Assembly (NCBI GenBank): GCA_036918135.1
Contig: JBALDB010000007.1
Span: 256,001 to 320,000, forward strand
Origin: Nostoc sp.
Lineage (GTDB): Bacteria; Cyanobacteriota; Cyanobacteriia; Cyanobacteriales; Nostocaceae
Direction of reading: 5' to 3'
DNA: 64,000 nucleotides
Every line of letters begins with the position of its first letter. Within the stretch, counting starts at the first letter, position 1. Of the stretch, positions 10,289-19,490 are shown piece by piece. Both the position numbers and the translations under genes were made by a program. Below the pieces are notes generated by a model. That model did no database searches. It was not told the DNA's origin and saw only the letters and a list, made by a program, of their open reading frames with translations.

Positions 10289-11488
10289 TCACTCAGGTAA
10301 CTCATACTGCTCAACAATACGCTTAGCATACTCCGGAACATGTTCCTCTAACTTCTCAGGGTGATTCCGCTTCACATACAAATAATTGCGAGTAAAGTGA
10401 GAATCAATAGAAAACCGCGCATATTCCAAACCTTTAGGGCCAATTTTCTCAATCACCACACCCATCAATTTTGCAGCCCACATCGGCAAAGTCACCCCTT
10501 TATCGTAGGCGGGAATGCTTTGCTGTACAGCTTCTTTACGATTTCCTTTAGACATTACCGATTGAGTATCTAACTGGTCTTTTACCAAATCCAGCATTTC
10601 TTTGCCAGTGTCATTTCTAACTACAATCCACTGCCAACCGAAGGGTGCGCCCATGTAGCCAATGACTAAATCTGCTAGGGAGTTGACGTAATCAAAGCAA
10701 CTCATACAAGATGGGGCAAAGACATCTTTAAGTTTATTAGTCTTCAAGCCAAAGAAAGGCACGGTTTCTGTTGAGCCATCTTCATGTTTGAAGTGAACCC
10801 GAAAATCTTGCATGAATTCATAATGTACAACTGTGTCAGGCGATCGGCTAGTAGTTTCTAAGAATTTTTGCAGCCCAGCGCGGTTAACATTATCTACGCA
10901 AGGCGTACCCAAGACATACAATTTTTCTAAACCAAGTTGTTTTTCTACAGCTCGTAATGCCTGAATTTGACAACCAACCCCAATTACTAATAGCCGCTTC
11001 ATCCCGGATTTTTCTATTTGTTCCAACACCGAAAGATTAGGTGAAAGTGTTGGTTTGTTTACTCTGGCTGCAAGTATTTCTTCTGGAGTGCGGGCGATGA
11101 TGGGCATCGGTTGAAAGCGGTCTTCTTTGGTATTTTGTACGCAGACAACGCCTTCAACTAAGCTGCGATTGAGCATTTCAATGGCAATACTGCTGACGAT
11201 ACCCGTCCATTGTGCGCCTGCAATTGGTTGCTGTTTTCGTGCCGCCATCATGTCTTGATGAACACCAAAGTATAGCTCATCAGGATTATCGAGATTGCGC
11301 GATCGCCTATGCGCTTGTTCTTCAAGTTCGCCTATTTGCTGATTAAGAAAAGCGCAGGCTTCCTTGACATAGTGAATATAGTATGTATCGCACAGTCCGC
11401 ACTCGCTACATAGTTCTTTAGCAGGACGGCGGCTAGTAGGTTTTAAGGCTCTGGCTTTTTTATGCTTGCTAGAATCAACTGAGGTCAT
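10289..11488 (-). CDS. bciB: FrhB-family ferredoxin-dependent divinyl-chlorophyllide 8-vinyl reductase
   Basis: CSECGLC, GVGCQ, GTPCVDN, SCMSCFDY Fe-S motifs typical of Slr1923/CvrA; start at MTSVDSSKHKK. Confidence 0.85.
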   Translation of the reverse strand: MTSVDSSKHKKARALKPTSRRPAKELCSECGLCDTYYIHYVKEACAFLNQQIGELEEQAHRRSRNLDNPDELYFGVHQDMMAARKQQPIAGAQWTGIVSSIAIEMLNRSLVEGVVCVQNTKEDRFQPMPIIARTPEEILAARVNKPTLSPNLSVLEQIEKSGMKRLLVIGVGCQIQALRAVEKQLGLEKLYVLGTPCVDNVNRAGLQKFLETTSRSPDTVVHYEFMQDFRVHFKHEDGSTETVPFFGLKTNKLKDVFAPSCMSCFDYVNSLADLVIGYMGAPFGWQWIVVRNDTGKEMLDLVKDQLDTQSVMSKGNRKEAVQQSIPAYDKGVTLPMWAAKLMGVVIEKIGPKGLEYARFSIDSHFTRNYLYVKRNHPEKLEEHVPEYAKRIVEQYELPE

Positions 11489-11534
11489 ATAAATTTTTTG
11501 TTTTATCACTCTTATTACAATACCTTCAGTAGCT

Positions 11535-11618
11535 ATGAACTTCACGATAGAGATTGAACAAGAAGAAGATGGACGCTTCCTAGCAGAAGCGATCGGTTTA
11601 ACACCTAAAGATTTGTGA
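11535..11618 (+). pseudogene. collapsed hicB-hicA toxin-antitoxin relic (27 codons)
   Basis: MNFTIEIEQEEDGRFLAE (HicB-like N-terminus) joined to GLTPKDL* (HicA-like C-terminus). Confidence 0.65.
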
Positions 11619-11782
11619 TAAAAGTTTGAATTTTATATAAATAAGCTTCGTGAATTTAAGTATTGTCACTTTTTCTGCTTTAGGAAAAGTTAATTAAAGT
11701 TTTAAGTAAAAGTACAAATGCAGTTTAGAAAAAACTTCTGTTAGTTTTTTGATAACTACAGTAAGTGGAAGTAAATAAGGCA

Positions 11783-11992
11783 ATGGCTAAAAAATATAAG
11801 GAAAATGATGCTCAAGAAGCAGCAGCATTCGCAGCAGGTGGAGCAGTTACAGGTGCAGGAGTAGCTGCAACAGTTGGAGCTATGGGCTTAACAGTTGGAG
11901 GAACGGCTGTCGCTATTGGTGCAGCACCAGTTGTGGCAGCTGGTGCAGTTGTGGGATTGGCAGCTTACAGTTTAAAGAAACTTTTTGAATAA
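11783..11992 (+). CDS. small glycine-zipper membrane peptide (69 aa)
   Basis: Gly/Ala/Val-rich with repeated G/A-xxx-G/A; AAGG before ATG 11783; aligns to the N-terminal repeats of the 12811 protein. Confidence 0.8.
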   Translation: MAKKYKENDAQEAAAFAAGGAVTGAGVAATVGAMGLTVGGTAVAIGAAPVVAAGAVVGLAAYSLKKLFE

Positions 11993-12012
11993 AGTATAGA
12001 CGGTAAATATAA

Positions 12013-12270
12013 ATGGATAACCACGATAAAAATATTTTAGGTGCAATAGCAGGAGCAGTAGGTGCTACTGGTGTTGCTGGAGCAGTTGAAATAGGAATTC
12101 CTGTTGCTGCTCCTGGAATATTAGGCGCTATAGGATTAACTACTACAGCCACCATTGCTGTTCCAGCAGGATTTGTTGTAGGAGTTGTAGGTGGTGTCGG
12201 CTACGTAGGCTACAAAGTGCATAAGCACTTTAATGGCACAGACAGCAACAAACGCTTGCCTGGTATTTAA
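12013..12270 (+). CDS. small glycine-zipper membrane peptide (85 aa)
   Basis: GAIAGAVGATG and GFVVGVVGGVG zippers, basic tail; 20 bp after the previous gene. Confidence 0.78.
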   Translation: MDNHDKNILGAIAGAVGATGVAGAVEIGIPVAAPGILGAIGLTTTATIAVPAGFVVGVVGGVGYVGYKVHKHFNGTDSNKRLPGI

Positions 12271-12273
12271 TGG

Positions 12274-12645
12274 ATGACTTTAAGTAAGCGTCCTAATCCA
12301 CTCCAAAAACTGGTACGGGGTGTGATTCGGGATTTGATTAATCAAGCTAACAGTCAAAAGGCTGACAAACCTGCAAAGCAGAAAGCTAAAAAACTTGCTA
12401 TCGCCAAATCCCAATCTCAACCCAAGCAGAAAACAAAAAAGCGATCGCGCCACATTCCTCTATCAATTCGTTTCGCAGTTCTGCAAAGAGATAGTCACAA
12501 ATGCGTTTCCTGTGGCAAAAGTCCGCCAGAAGTGATCCTAGAGGTTGACCATAAAAAACCTTTCTCTAAAGGAGGCGGTAACGATATGAGTAACTTGCAA
12601 ACGCTATGTTTTGAGTGTAATCGTGGCAAGGGCGCGAGTAGCTAG
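12274..12645 (+). CDS. small HNH endonuclease
   Basis: RD-x3-CxxCG, LEVDHKKPFSKGG, NLQTLCFECN motifs; 3 bp after the previous stop. Confidence 0.92.
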   Translation: MTLSKRPNPLQKLVRGVIRDLINQANSQKADKPAKQKAKKLAIAKSQSQPKQKTKKRSRHIPLSIRFAVLQRDSHKCVSCGKSPPEVILEVDHKKPFSKGGGNDMSNLQTLCFECNRGKGASS

Positions 12646-12681
12646 ATATAAAGAGTAAAATATTTCCTCCAATTTGATAAA

Positions 12682-12712
12682 TAGCCCTGCGGTAGATTTA
12701 CCAAGGGGCTTT
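12682..12712 (+). terminator. probable intrinsic terminator
   Basis: Imperfect hairpin agccctgcggtagatttaccaaggggct followed by a short T run. Confidence 0.5.
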
Positions 12713-12810
12713 CATTATTTAATGATTTCAACGATTGTTTTCGCATTAGCAAAAATTTACTAATTCTCAACTTTAACTAACTTAAATTCAACGATTAGGA
12801 ACGAAAAAAA

Positions 12811-14592
12811 GTGGTAGAAAACTCTAAAACAGGTGCGGCATTCATCGCTGGCGGAAGTATAGTAGGTGCTGGTGTTTCCGTAACGGTAGGCGGGATGGGA
12901 TTAGCCGGAGGATTTGGCGCAGTTGGCATTGGGACAACTCCTGTAGTTGGTGCTGGTGCTGTGGCTGGTGCAGCTGCTTATGGTGCATTCAAAGCGATCG
13001 CACAGGGAGATACTGCTGCTTTTGGTGCAATGGGAGTTGGTGCAGTCGGCGGTGCTGGTGTTTATAGCGTCGTTGGTAGTATGGGTTTAGTCGCACCGAA
13101 AGTAGGGCTGGCATTTGGTATTGGTGCAGTACCGATGGCGGGAGTTGGTGTAGTGGTAGGACTCGCCGCCTACGGTATTGCCAGGGTATTAGACGAATCT
13201 GAAATTAAAGAAACTCCAGCACAGCTTTTTGAGCGAATAGAAGAAAAAGTCTTGCAGATGGACTACTATTCGGCAGCAGTGATGGAATTAGAAGCATTTT
13301 TATCTGGTGAGGATCTCAACCAAAAATTTGCGGCTTTGGAAGTTGAGGATGAGTTACAAGCACTTAAGGCTCAATTAAAGAAAAAATCAGAATTTGTTAG
13401 CCCTAAACCTTCTATTGGTAACATTGAACAAGAAACAATATCTGTGACAACTCAGTTACCTGAAACTTGGAGATATGTACGCACATTCAAGGGTCACTTA
13501 GCAGGTGTTAATGCGATCGCTATTAGTCCTGATGGTACTACCTTAGTCAGTGCCAGTGATGACAGACAAGTTAATCTGTGGAACTTGAAAACTGGAAAAT
13601 GGCTTTACACTTTTTCTGGACAAGCAGAGGCAGTTTTATCTGTTGCTATCAGTCCAGATGGACAGCAAATTGCAAGTGGCAGTGTTGACCGCAAAATCAG
13701 CACTTGGCAGATGAATACAAGAAAATTTCTACATACATTATTTTATTTAAATTCTCCCTACAGTCATAATGGCTTTGTTAATTCAGTTGTCTATAGCCCT
13801 GATGGTAAAATCTTAGCTAGTGGTAGTGCTGATAAAACTATTAGAATTTGGGGACGCTACACGGGAACTCTAAAACGCACCTTGAATGGACATTCAGATG
13901 CAGTTTTGTCTCTCACTATCAGTCCCGATGGCGCAACTCTTGCAAGTGGTAGTGCTGATAAAACTATCAGACTTTGGGATTTAAAAACTTGCCAACAGCG
14001 CTGCATTATCACTGAACATTCAGCAGCAGTCAATACAGTTGTCATTAGTCTTGATAGTCAAACTTTGATTAGTGGTAGCTCAGACGCTACAATTAAACTG
14101 TGGAATCTCCATACTGGAGAATTACTCAGCACTTTTATTGGACACTCAACCGCAGTTTTGTCTATTGCCATTAGCCCCGATGGAAAAATCCTCGCTAGTG
14201 CTAGCAAAGACGGTATTATCAAACTTTGGAATCTACACGCTGGGAAACTACTGCAAACTCTTTCTGGGTGTAGTCCTGTTGCTTTCAATGCCGATGGCAA
14301 AACGCTGGTAAGTGGCGGTAATGGTGGGAGCATCAAAATTTGGAGTTACATACAAAGCAGTTACTTGAGATTCGACGCTGTACTATCAGGAGAATGGTGG
14401 GAAATATTGGGCGTGAATCCAAGTGATGATGCCAACCTTGTCAAACTTGCTTATTGCCAATTAGCAAGATTATATCATCCTGATGTCAACACTTGCACGA
14501 CTGCAAAAGCCTCAATGCAAGCAATTAATCAAGCTTATAAAGAATTTCAAAAGCAATTGAACGCTGACAATTATATAAACTTTGATAAATAA
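12811..14592 (+). CDS. 2x glycine-zipper + PspA/Vipp1-like segment + WD40 repeats + C-terminal J-domain protein
   Basis: aa 8-123 Gly-rich hydrophobic repeats; aa 138-189 FERIEEKVLQM..DLNQKFAALEVEDELQALKAQL; about 7 WD40 repeats; WWEILGV..LARLYHPDVN..INQAY J-domain with intact HPD. Confidence 0.88.
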   Translation: MVENSKTGAAFIAGGSIVGAGVSVTVGGMGLAGGFGAVGIGTTPVVGAGAVAGAAAYGAFKAIAQGDTAAFGAMGVGAVGGAGVYSVVGSMGLVAPKVGLAFGIGAVPMAGVGVVVGLAAYGIARVLDESEIKETPAQLFERIEEKVLQMDYYSAAVMELEAFLSGEDLNQKFAALEVEDELQALKAQLKKKSEFVSPKPSIGNIEQETISVTTQLPETWRYVRTFKGHLAGVNAIAISPDGTTLVSASDDRQVNLWNLKTGKWLYTFSGQAEAVLSVAISPDGQQIASGSVDRKISTWQMNTRKFLHTLFYLNSPYSHNGFVNSVVYSPDGKILASGSADKTIRIWGRYTGTLKRTLNGHSDAVLSLTISPDGATLASGSADKTIRLWDLKTCQQRCIITEHSAAVNTVVISLDSQTLISGSSDATIKLWNLHTGELLSTFIGHSTAVLSIAISPDGKILASASKDGIIKLWNLHAGKLLQTLSGCSPVAFNADGKTLVSGGNGGSIKIWSYIQSSYLRFDAVLSGEWWEILGVNPSDDANLVKLAYCQLARLYHPDVNTCTTAKASMQAINQAYKEFQKQLNADNYINFDK

Positions 14593-15264
14593 GCTACTAA
14601 CAAAATTAAGCAGACAGTCTAATGAGAAGCCAGTCAGTATCTAGGCATCTCTCCCGCCTCGTGCATGAGACTTAAATTTTCATTCTATTTACTTTGCTTT
14701 TTTTAGCTTTACTTCCCTAAGCACCTTATATTATCTATCAATAGGTAATATATATTCAGAAGTATTCATAAATTAAATTTTTTAACCATTCATCTTGCAT
14801 ATTATGACAAAAGGTTATAAATTATTATATTATAGGGGAATAATCTGAGTCTTTTAGCGTCAAAAACTAATTTTGATTAAGTAAGGATACTGTAACTAGT
14901 TTAAACTTCACCCGAACCTGAAACAGCACTGAAGATATATTTTTGTCTGGTAAAGCAAAGATTGCGGACATAAAGACACAAAGGTAAATTATCTAAAAAT
15001 ATATCTGATGTGACTGTTTGAAAATCAAATTACTGCTTACAGTGAAGAATAATCGAAATTCACCGAAAGAATAATTGATTAGAAGCTAATTAACTATCAA
15101 TAAAGTTGCATAATTATCAGCAGCTTTTTTCATTGTTATTTAAGGATTTTGCAAAATTCAATTTGCTATTCAAAAATTTATCTTTGTTATGTTAAGAATA
15201 GCAAAAGGAATTAATGAAGACGCATCTACCATAAATTCACAGTAGAAATGGAGTTATTCTGGCG

Positions 15265-16719
15265 ATGCACTCGAATGAATTAAAAATTACTGAAAATTCA
15301 AAAGAAGTAACAGAAGCTTATCAAGCACTAGAAAAGACAATTATCTACTATCAAGGACGCCCTGTTGGCACGGTAGCCGCTTATGATTTATCTGTAGAGG
15401 CTCTTAACTATGACCAGTGCTTTATTCGAGATTTTGTTTCTTCAGCTTTAATTTTTTTGCTCCAAGGTAGAGCAGATATTGTTCGGAATTTCTTAGAAGA
15501 AACCTTAAAGTTACAGCCTAAAGAAAAAGCGTTAGAAGCCTATAAGCCTGGTCGAGGATTAATCCCAGCTAGCTTTAAAGTGCTATCAGAAAATGGACAA
15601 GAATATTTAGAAGCAGACTTTGGCGAACATGCGATCGCCAGAGTCACACCAGTTGATTCTTGTCTATGGTGGATTATTTTGTTACGTGCTTATGTAGTCA
15701 CCACAGAAGATTTTTCTCTTGCCTATCAACCTGAATTCCAAAATGGTATCAGGTTAATCATGGAAATTTGCTTGGCGAATCGTTTTGATATGTACCCAAC
15801 GCTATTAGTTCCAGATGGCGCTTGCATGATTGACCGTCGTATGGGTATCTATGGGCATCCTTTAGAACTGCAAGTTCTCTTTTACACAGCATTACGTGCA
15901 TCACGCGAACTATTAATTTGTCAAGGTAATCAAGATATTGTCGTCGCTATTGATAACCGCCTACCTCTTTTATGCGCTCACATTCGTCAACATTATTGGA
16001 TAGATATTAATCGCCTGAATGCAGTTTATCGCTTCAAAAGTGAAGAATATGGTAAAGCTGCTGTGAATTTATTCAATATATATGTAGACTCAATTCCTTA
16101 TTATGAATTAGACAAATGGCTGCCGAAAAAAGGCGGTTATCTTGCAGGTAATGTTGGGCCGTCGCAGCTAGATACTCGCTTCTTTGCACTGGGAAACTTG
16201 ATGGCAATCATTTCAGACTTAGCTACTGAAGAACAGTCACAAGCGATTATGACTCTCATTGAGAAACGATGGGACGACTTAGTGGGAGATATGCCGATGA
16301 AAATCTGTTTTCCAGCTTTAGAAAATGAAGAGTACAGAATTGTCACTGGATGCGATCCGAAAAATATACCTTGGTCGTATCATAATGCGGGTAGTTGGCC
16401 AGTCTTAATGTGGATGTTGGCAGCAGCAGCAATAAAAACCAACAAAACAAGTCTGGCACAAAGAGCTATTGAAATTGCTCAAGCAAGGCTGTGTAAAGAT
16501 GAATGGCCAGAGTATTACGACGGTAAGAAAGGGCGACTAATTGGCAAACAAGCTAGGAAATATCAAACTTGGACAATTACCGGATTCTTATTAGCAAAAG
16601 AACTGATAGCTAACCCCTCTTGTTTACCATTAATTACTTTTGGAAAATTACCATCAGAAGTGGTTTCGAGAGCATGTGAATTGGAAATTGCTAGTGTAGA
16701 TCCGTATATGCCTCGATAA
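15265..16719 (+). CDS. alkaline/neutral invertase (GH100)
   Basis: [45 protein letters not shown] motifs. Confidence 0.93.
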   Translation: MHSNELKITENSKEVTEAYQALEKTIIYYQGRPVGTVAAYDLSVEALNYDQCFIRDFVSSALIFLLQGRADIVRNFLEETLKLQPKEKALEAYKPGRGLIPASFKVLSENGQEYLEADFGEHAIARVTPVDSCLWWIILLRAYVVTTEDFSLAYQPEFQNGIRLIMEICLANRFDMYPTLLVPDGACMIDRRMGIYGHPLELQVLFYTALRASRELLICQGNQDIVVAIDNRLPLLCAHIRQHYWIDINRLNAVYRFKSEEYGKAAVNLFNIYVDSIPYYELDKWLPKKGGYLAGNVGPSQLDTRFFALGNLMAIISDLATEEQSQAIMTLIEKRWDDLVGDMPMKICFPALENEEYRIVTGCDPKNIPWSYHNAGSWPVLMWMLAAAAIKTNKTSLAQRAIEIAQARLCKDEWPEYYDGKKGRLIGKQARKYQTWTITGFLLAKELIANPSCLPLITFGKLPSEVVSRACELEIASVDPYMPR

Positions 16720-16841
16720 GAAGTTAGAAGTTATTCAATTTTAGATTTGAGATTTTTTCTGGAATCCAAAATTCCAAATATAAAATTGGTAAAGTCAGGA
16801 GTTAGAATACAAAAGCTTCGTAACTCCTGATTTATGTTTAC

Positions 16842-18239
16842 ATGACAAACGCTCGTCAACTAGCTTTTATCGCCCTGCGAAATGTTCACAAAGGGGCTTA
16901 TGTTGATGTTGCTCTAGATAGAGTGCTGCAAAAAGTTAATTTGATTGATAGCGATCGCCGCCTAGTGACAGAATTAATTTATGGCACTGTCAGAAGGCAG
17001 CGCACCCTGGATACTCTGATTGACCAACTTGCCCAAAAGAAATCTCACCAACAACCAAAAGACCTCCGCACCATCCTACATCTAGGCTTATACCAACTGC
17101 GCTATCAAGAGCGTATTCCCGCTTCAGCTGCTGTTAATACCACCGTCCAACTAGCTAAAGAAAACGGTTTTTCTGGACTCACAGGTTTTGTTAATGGTCT
17201 ATTGCGCCAGTATCTCAGAAAGGCAGGGGAGCAGGGGGGCAGGGGGGCAGGGGGAGAAAATACTTTGTTATCTCTTCATACTGACCCGCTACAACTTCCA
17301 GAAAACCCAGTGGAACGCTTGGGTATTTTACACAGTTTTCCTGATTGGATTATTCAAGTTTGGTTAGAACAACTGGGTTTGGTTGAGACTGAACAACTAT
17401 GTGAATGGATGAACCAATCCCCAACTATTGACTTGCGTATCAACCCACTTCGCACTTCAATCGAGCAAGTTGAGTCAGCTTTGCAATCTGCTGGTGTTTT
17501 GGTGAGGCGCGTTCGTCATTTGCCGCAAGCGCTACGATTAATCGGTAATGCTGGGTCAATTCAAAAATTACCTGGTTTCCAAGAAGGTTGGTGGACTGTA
17601 CAAGATAGCAGTGCCCAATTGGTAAGTCATTTGCTTGACCCCAAACCAGGTGAGGTGGTGATTGATGCTTGTGCTGCACCAGGGGGTAAAACAACTCACA
17701 TTGCTGAGTTAATGCAAGATAAAGGAAAAATTTGGGCTTGCGATCGCACTTCTTCTCGTCTTCGCAAACTCCAAGAAAATTCTCAACGGCTAAATTTACA
17801 ATCTATTCAAATTTGCACTGGTGACAGCCGCCATTTTACCCAATTTTACAACACCGCAGACCGCGTATTACTCGATGCTCCATGTTCTGGCTTGGGAACT
17901 ATGCATCGTCACGCTGATGGTCGTTGGCGACAAACACCAGAATCTGTCCGGGAACTTTCGATGCTCCAAAAAGAACTACTAGGACATACATCTAATTTTG
18001 TCAAGCCCGGTGGTATACTAGTTTATGCTACCTGTACGCTACATCCAGCAGAAAACGAAGAAGTAATTTTAGAATTTTTAGCTGAGTCACCTAATTGGCA
18101 AATTGAGTCTCCAAATAGCTTTGAGTTCCCTGATTCTGCACATACTACACCTGAAGGCTCTTTCAAAGTCTGGCCTCATCGGCAGGACATGGATGGTTTT
18201 TTTATGGTGCGCTTAAGAAAAACCAACGATTCCGAGTGA
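16842..18239 (+). CDS. rsmB: 16S rRNA (cytosine967-C5) methyltransferase
   Basis: NusB-like N-terminus; DACAAPGGKT, LLDAPCSG, YATCT motifs. Confidence 0.93.
   Translation: MTNARQLAFIALRNVHKGAYVDVALDRVLQKVNLIDSDRRLVTELIYGTVRRQRTLDTLIDQLAQKKSHQQPKDLRTILHLGLYQLRYQERIPASAAVNTTVQLAKENGFSGLTGFVNGLLRQYLRKAGEQGGRGAGGENTLLSLHTDPLQLPENPVERLGILHSFPDWIIQVWLEQLGLVETEQLCEWMNQSPTIDLRINPLRTSIEQVESALQSAGVLVRRVRHLPQALRLIGNAGSIQKLPGFQEGWWTVQDSSAQLVSHLLDPKPGEVVIDACAAPGGKTTHIAELMQDKGKIWACDRTSSRLRKLQENSQRLNLQSIQICTGDSRHFTQFYNTADRVLLDAPCSGLGTMHRHADGRWRQTPESVRELSMLQKELLGHTSNFVKPGGILVYATCTLHPAENEEVILEFLAESPNWQIESPNSFEFPDSAHTTPEGSFKVWPHRQDMDGFFMVRLRKTNDSE
17223..17256 (+). repeat. in-frame GCAGGGG(A/G) tandem repeat inside rsmB
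   Basis: gcagggga gcaggggg gcaggggg gcagggggag, encoding AGEQGGRGAGG. Confidence 0.75.
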
Positions 18240-18296
18240 ATACTGTTTGGGATTGTACGATTTGGTGGAAGCCTGAATCTACCAGAGGGGGCAACA

Positions 18297-18719
18297 ATGG
18301 TTACCCATTCCAATGTGAAAAACTTAGTTAAGATTCTGATTGGAGCCGCTTGGCTCGATGGCAGAATCCAACCAGAGGAACGGCAATATCTCCGCGAAAT
18401 AGCTCAAGCAAAAGGTTTGGCTAACGACCCAGAAATTAAGCCTTGGCTATACGAATTGGTTCCTGTACAGCCAAAAGAGTGTTATGAGTGGGTCAGGGAG
18501 TATTTAGGCGATCGCCCTAGCCTGCAAGACTGTGAAAATTTAATTGAAGCCATTAGTGGCTTGATTTACAGCGACGGCGAAGTAGCGATCGAAGAAGCTA
18601 AACTTCTGACCGAATTGCAGGACATCACCAAGCCGAATCAATCAAATCAATCGGCTCACACTCAACTTCTTAAACAAATTCAAAAGCTTTACCGCCGTTG
18701 GGTTGAAGTTCAAAACTAA
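18297..18719 (+). CDS. TerB-like protein
   Basis: AAWLDGRIQPEE and LIYSDGEVAIEE repeated TerB motifs. Confidence 0.8.
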   Translation: MVTHSNVKNLVKILIGAAWLDGRIQPEERQYLREIAQAKGLANDPEIKPWLYELVPVQPKECYEWVREYLGDRPSLQDCENLIEAISGLIYSDGEVAIEEAKLLTELQDITKPNQSNQSAHTQLLKQIQKLYRRWVEVQN

Positions 18720-18933
18720 CGAGGAATTAAGAGTTCTGAGTTGAGAATTTTTACTCACTAGTGAGCGAGAAGTTTTTAGCGGCAACTGATTGGCATAAAC
18801 GTCTTGTAGTCAGGGGATCGCAGTCTTGGCGGTTCTCGTCAATTGTGACCCCCCAAACCCAAAGGGCAAAGAAGCGCCCGAGTTTTCCCAAGGAGAGACG
18901 CCAAGGGCTAACCATAACTCAGACTCAGCACTA

Positions 18934-19170
18934 TTACTTTGTTGATGACTCCGGTTCACCCACACCTGGAGTTTCTTCTTTTTCAATCTTAGGTACAAAA
19001 TCAGGACGCTCTTTACTTTCCCAACCTGCGGGGCGTTTTGAGTTGTACCAAGCAATTGAACCAATAGTTACAGCAGCAACAAAACCAACGACATATACTA
19101 AGGTAAAAGCATAGGGAAAATTATTAGCATTAGCTGCGCCTTCTGCTGCTGTTTGCATCAATAAATGCAT
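18934..19170 (-). CDS. psb35: photosystem II assembly factor Psb35-like
   Basis: Single TM helix followed by GSIAWYNSKRPAGWE. Confidence 0.75.
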   Translation of the reverse strand: MHLLMQTAAEGAANANNFPYAFTLVYVVGFVAAVTIGSIAWYNSKRPAGWESKERPDFVPKIEKEETPGVGEPESSTK

Positions 19171-19490
19171 GGGTATATTCTCCAAGGTTAGGTAACAGTT
19201 TTAAACACAATATAAAATCAGCTTATCACCTAACATCCCCCTGTAGTTTGAGCAACTTCATATTGCAGAGGGAAAAGTAAGTAAGGGGCGTGGGGATGAA
19301 GGAGATGTGGTTCAACTTCGCGGTAGTTGACTGTAGTCGAAACTCACCAACTGAAAGACAACTTGCAATAAGTCTTTCTTCGGAAGTTTCGATTGCCAAA
19401 AGCCCACTGGTGACTTCTGTTTTTGTGCCTCATCTTCTTGTTTCCCCGTATCTTCGTCTTGTGTCCTCTTCCCTATGCTGTATGCTCAAT

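Noticed and set aside
11913..12155. Antisense Ala/Pro-rich ORF
   Set aside because: Mirror of the Gly/Ala codons of the plus-strand peptide genes.
11783..12270. Classical double-glycine-leader bacteriocin precursors
   Set aside because: No recognisable leader, and no C39 peptidase ABC transporter, HlyD or modification enzyme nearby.
18761..19114. 117-aa plus-strand ORF and other short overlapping ORFs in the track
   Set aside because: Antisense or out-of-frame shadows of better supported genes.
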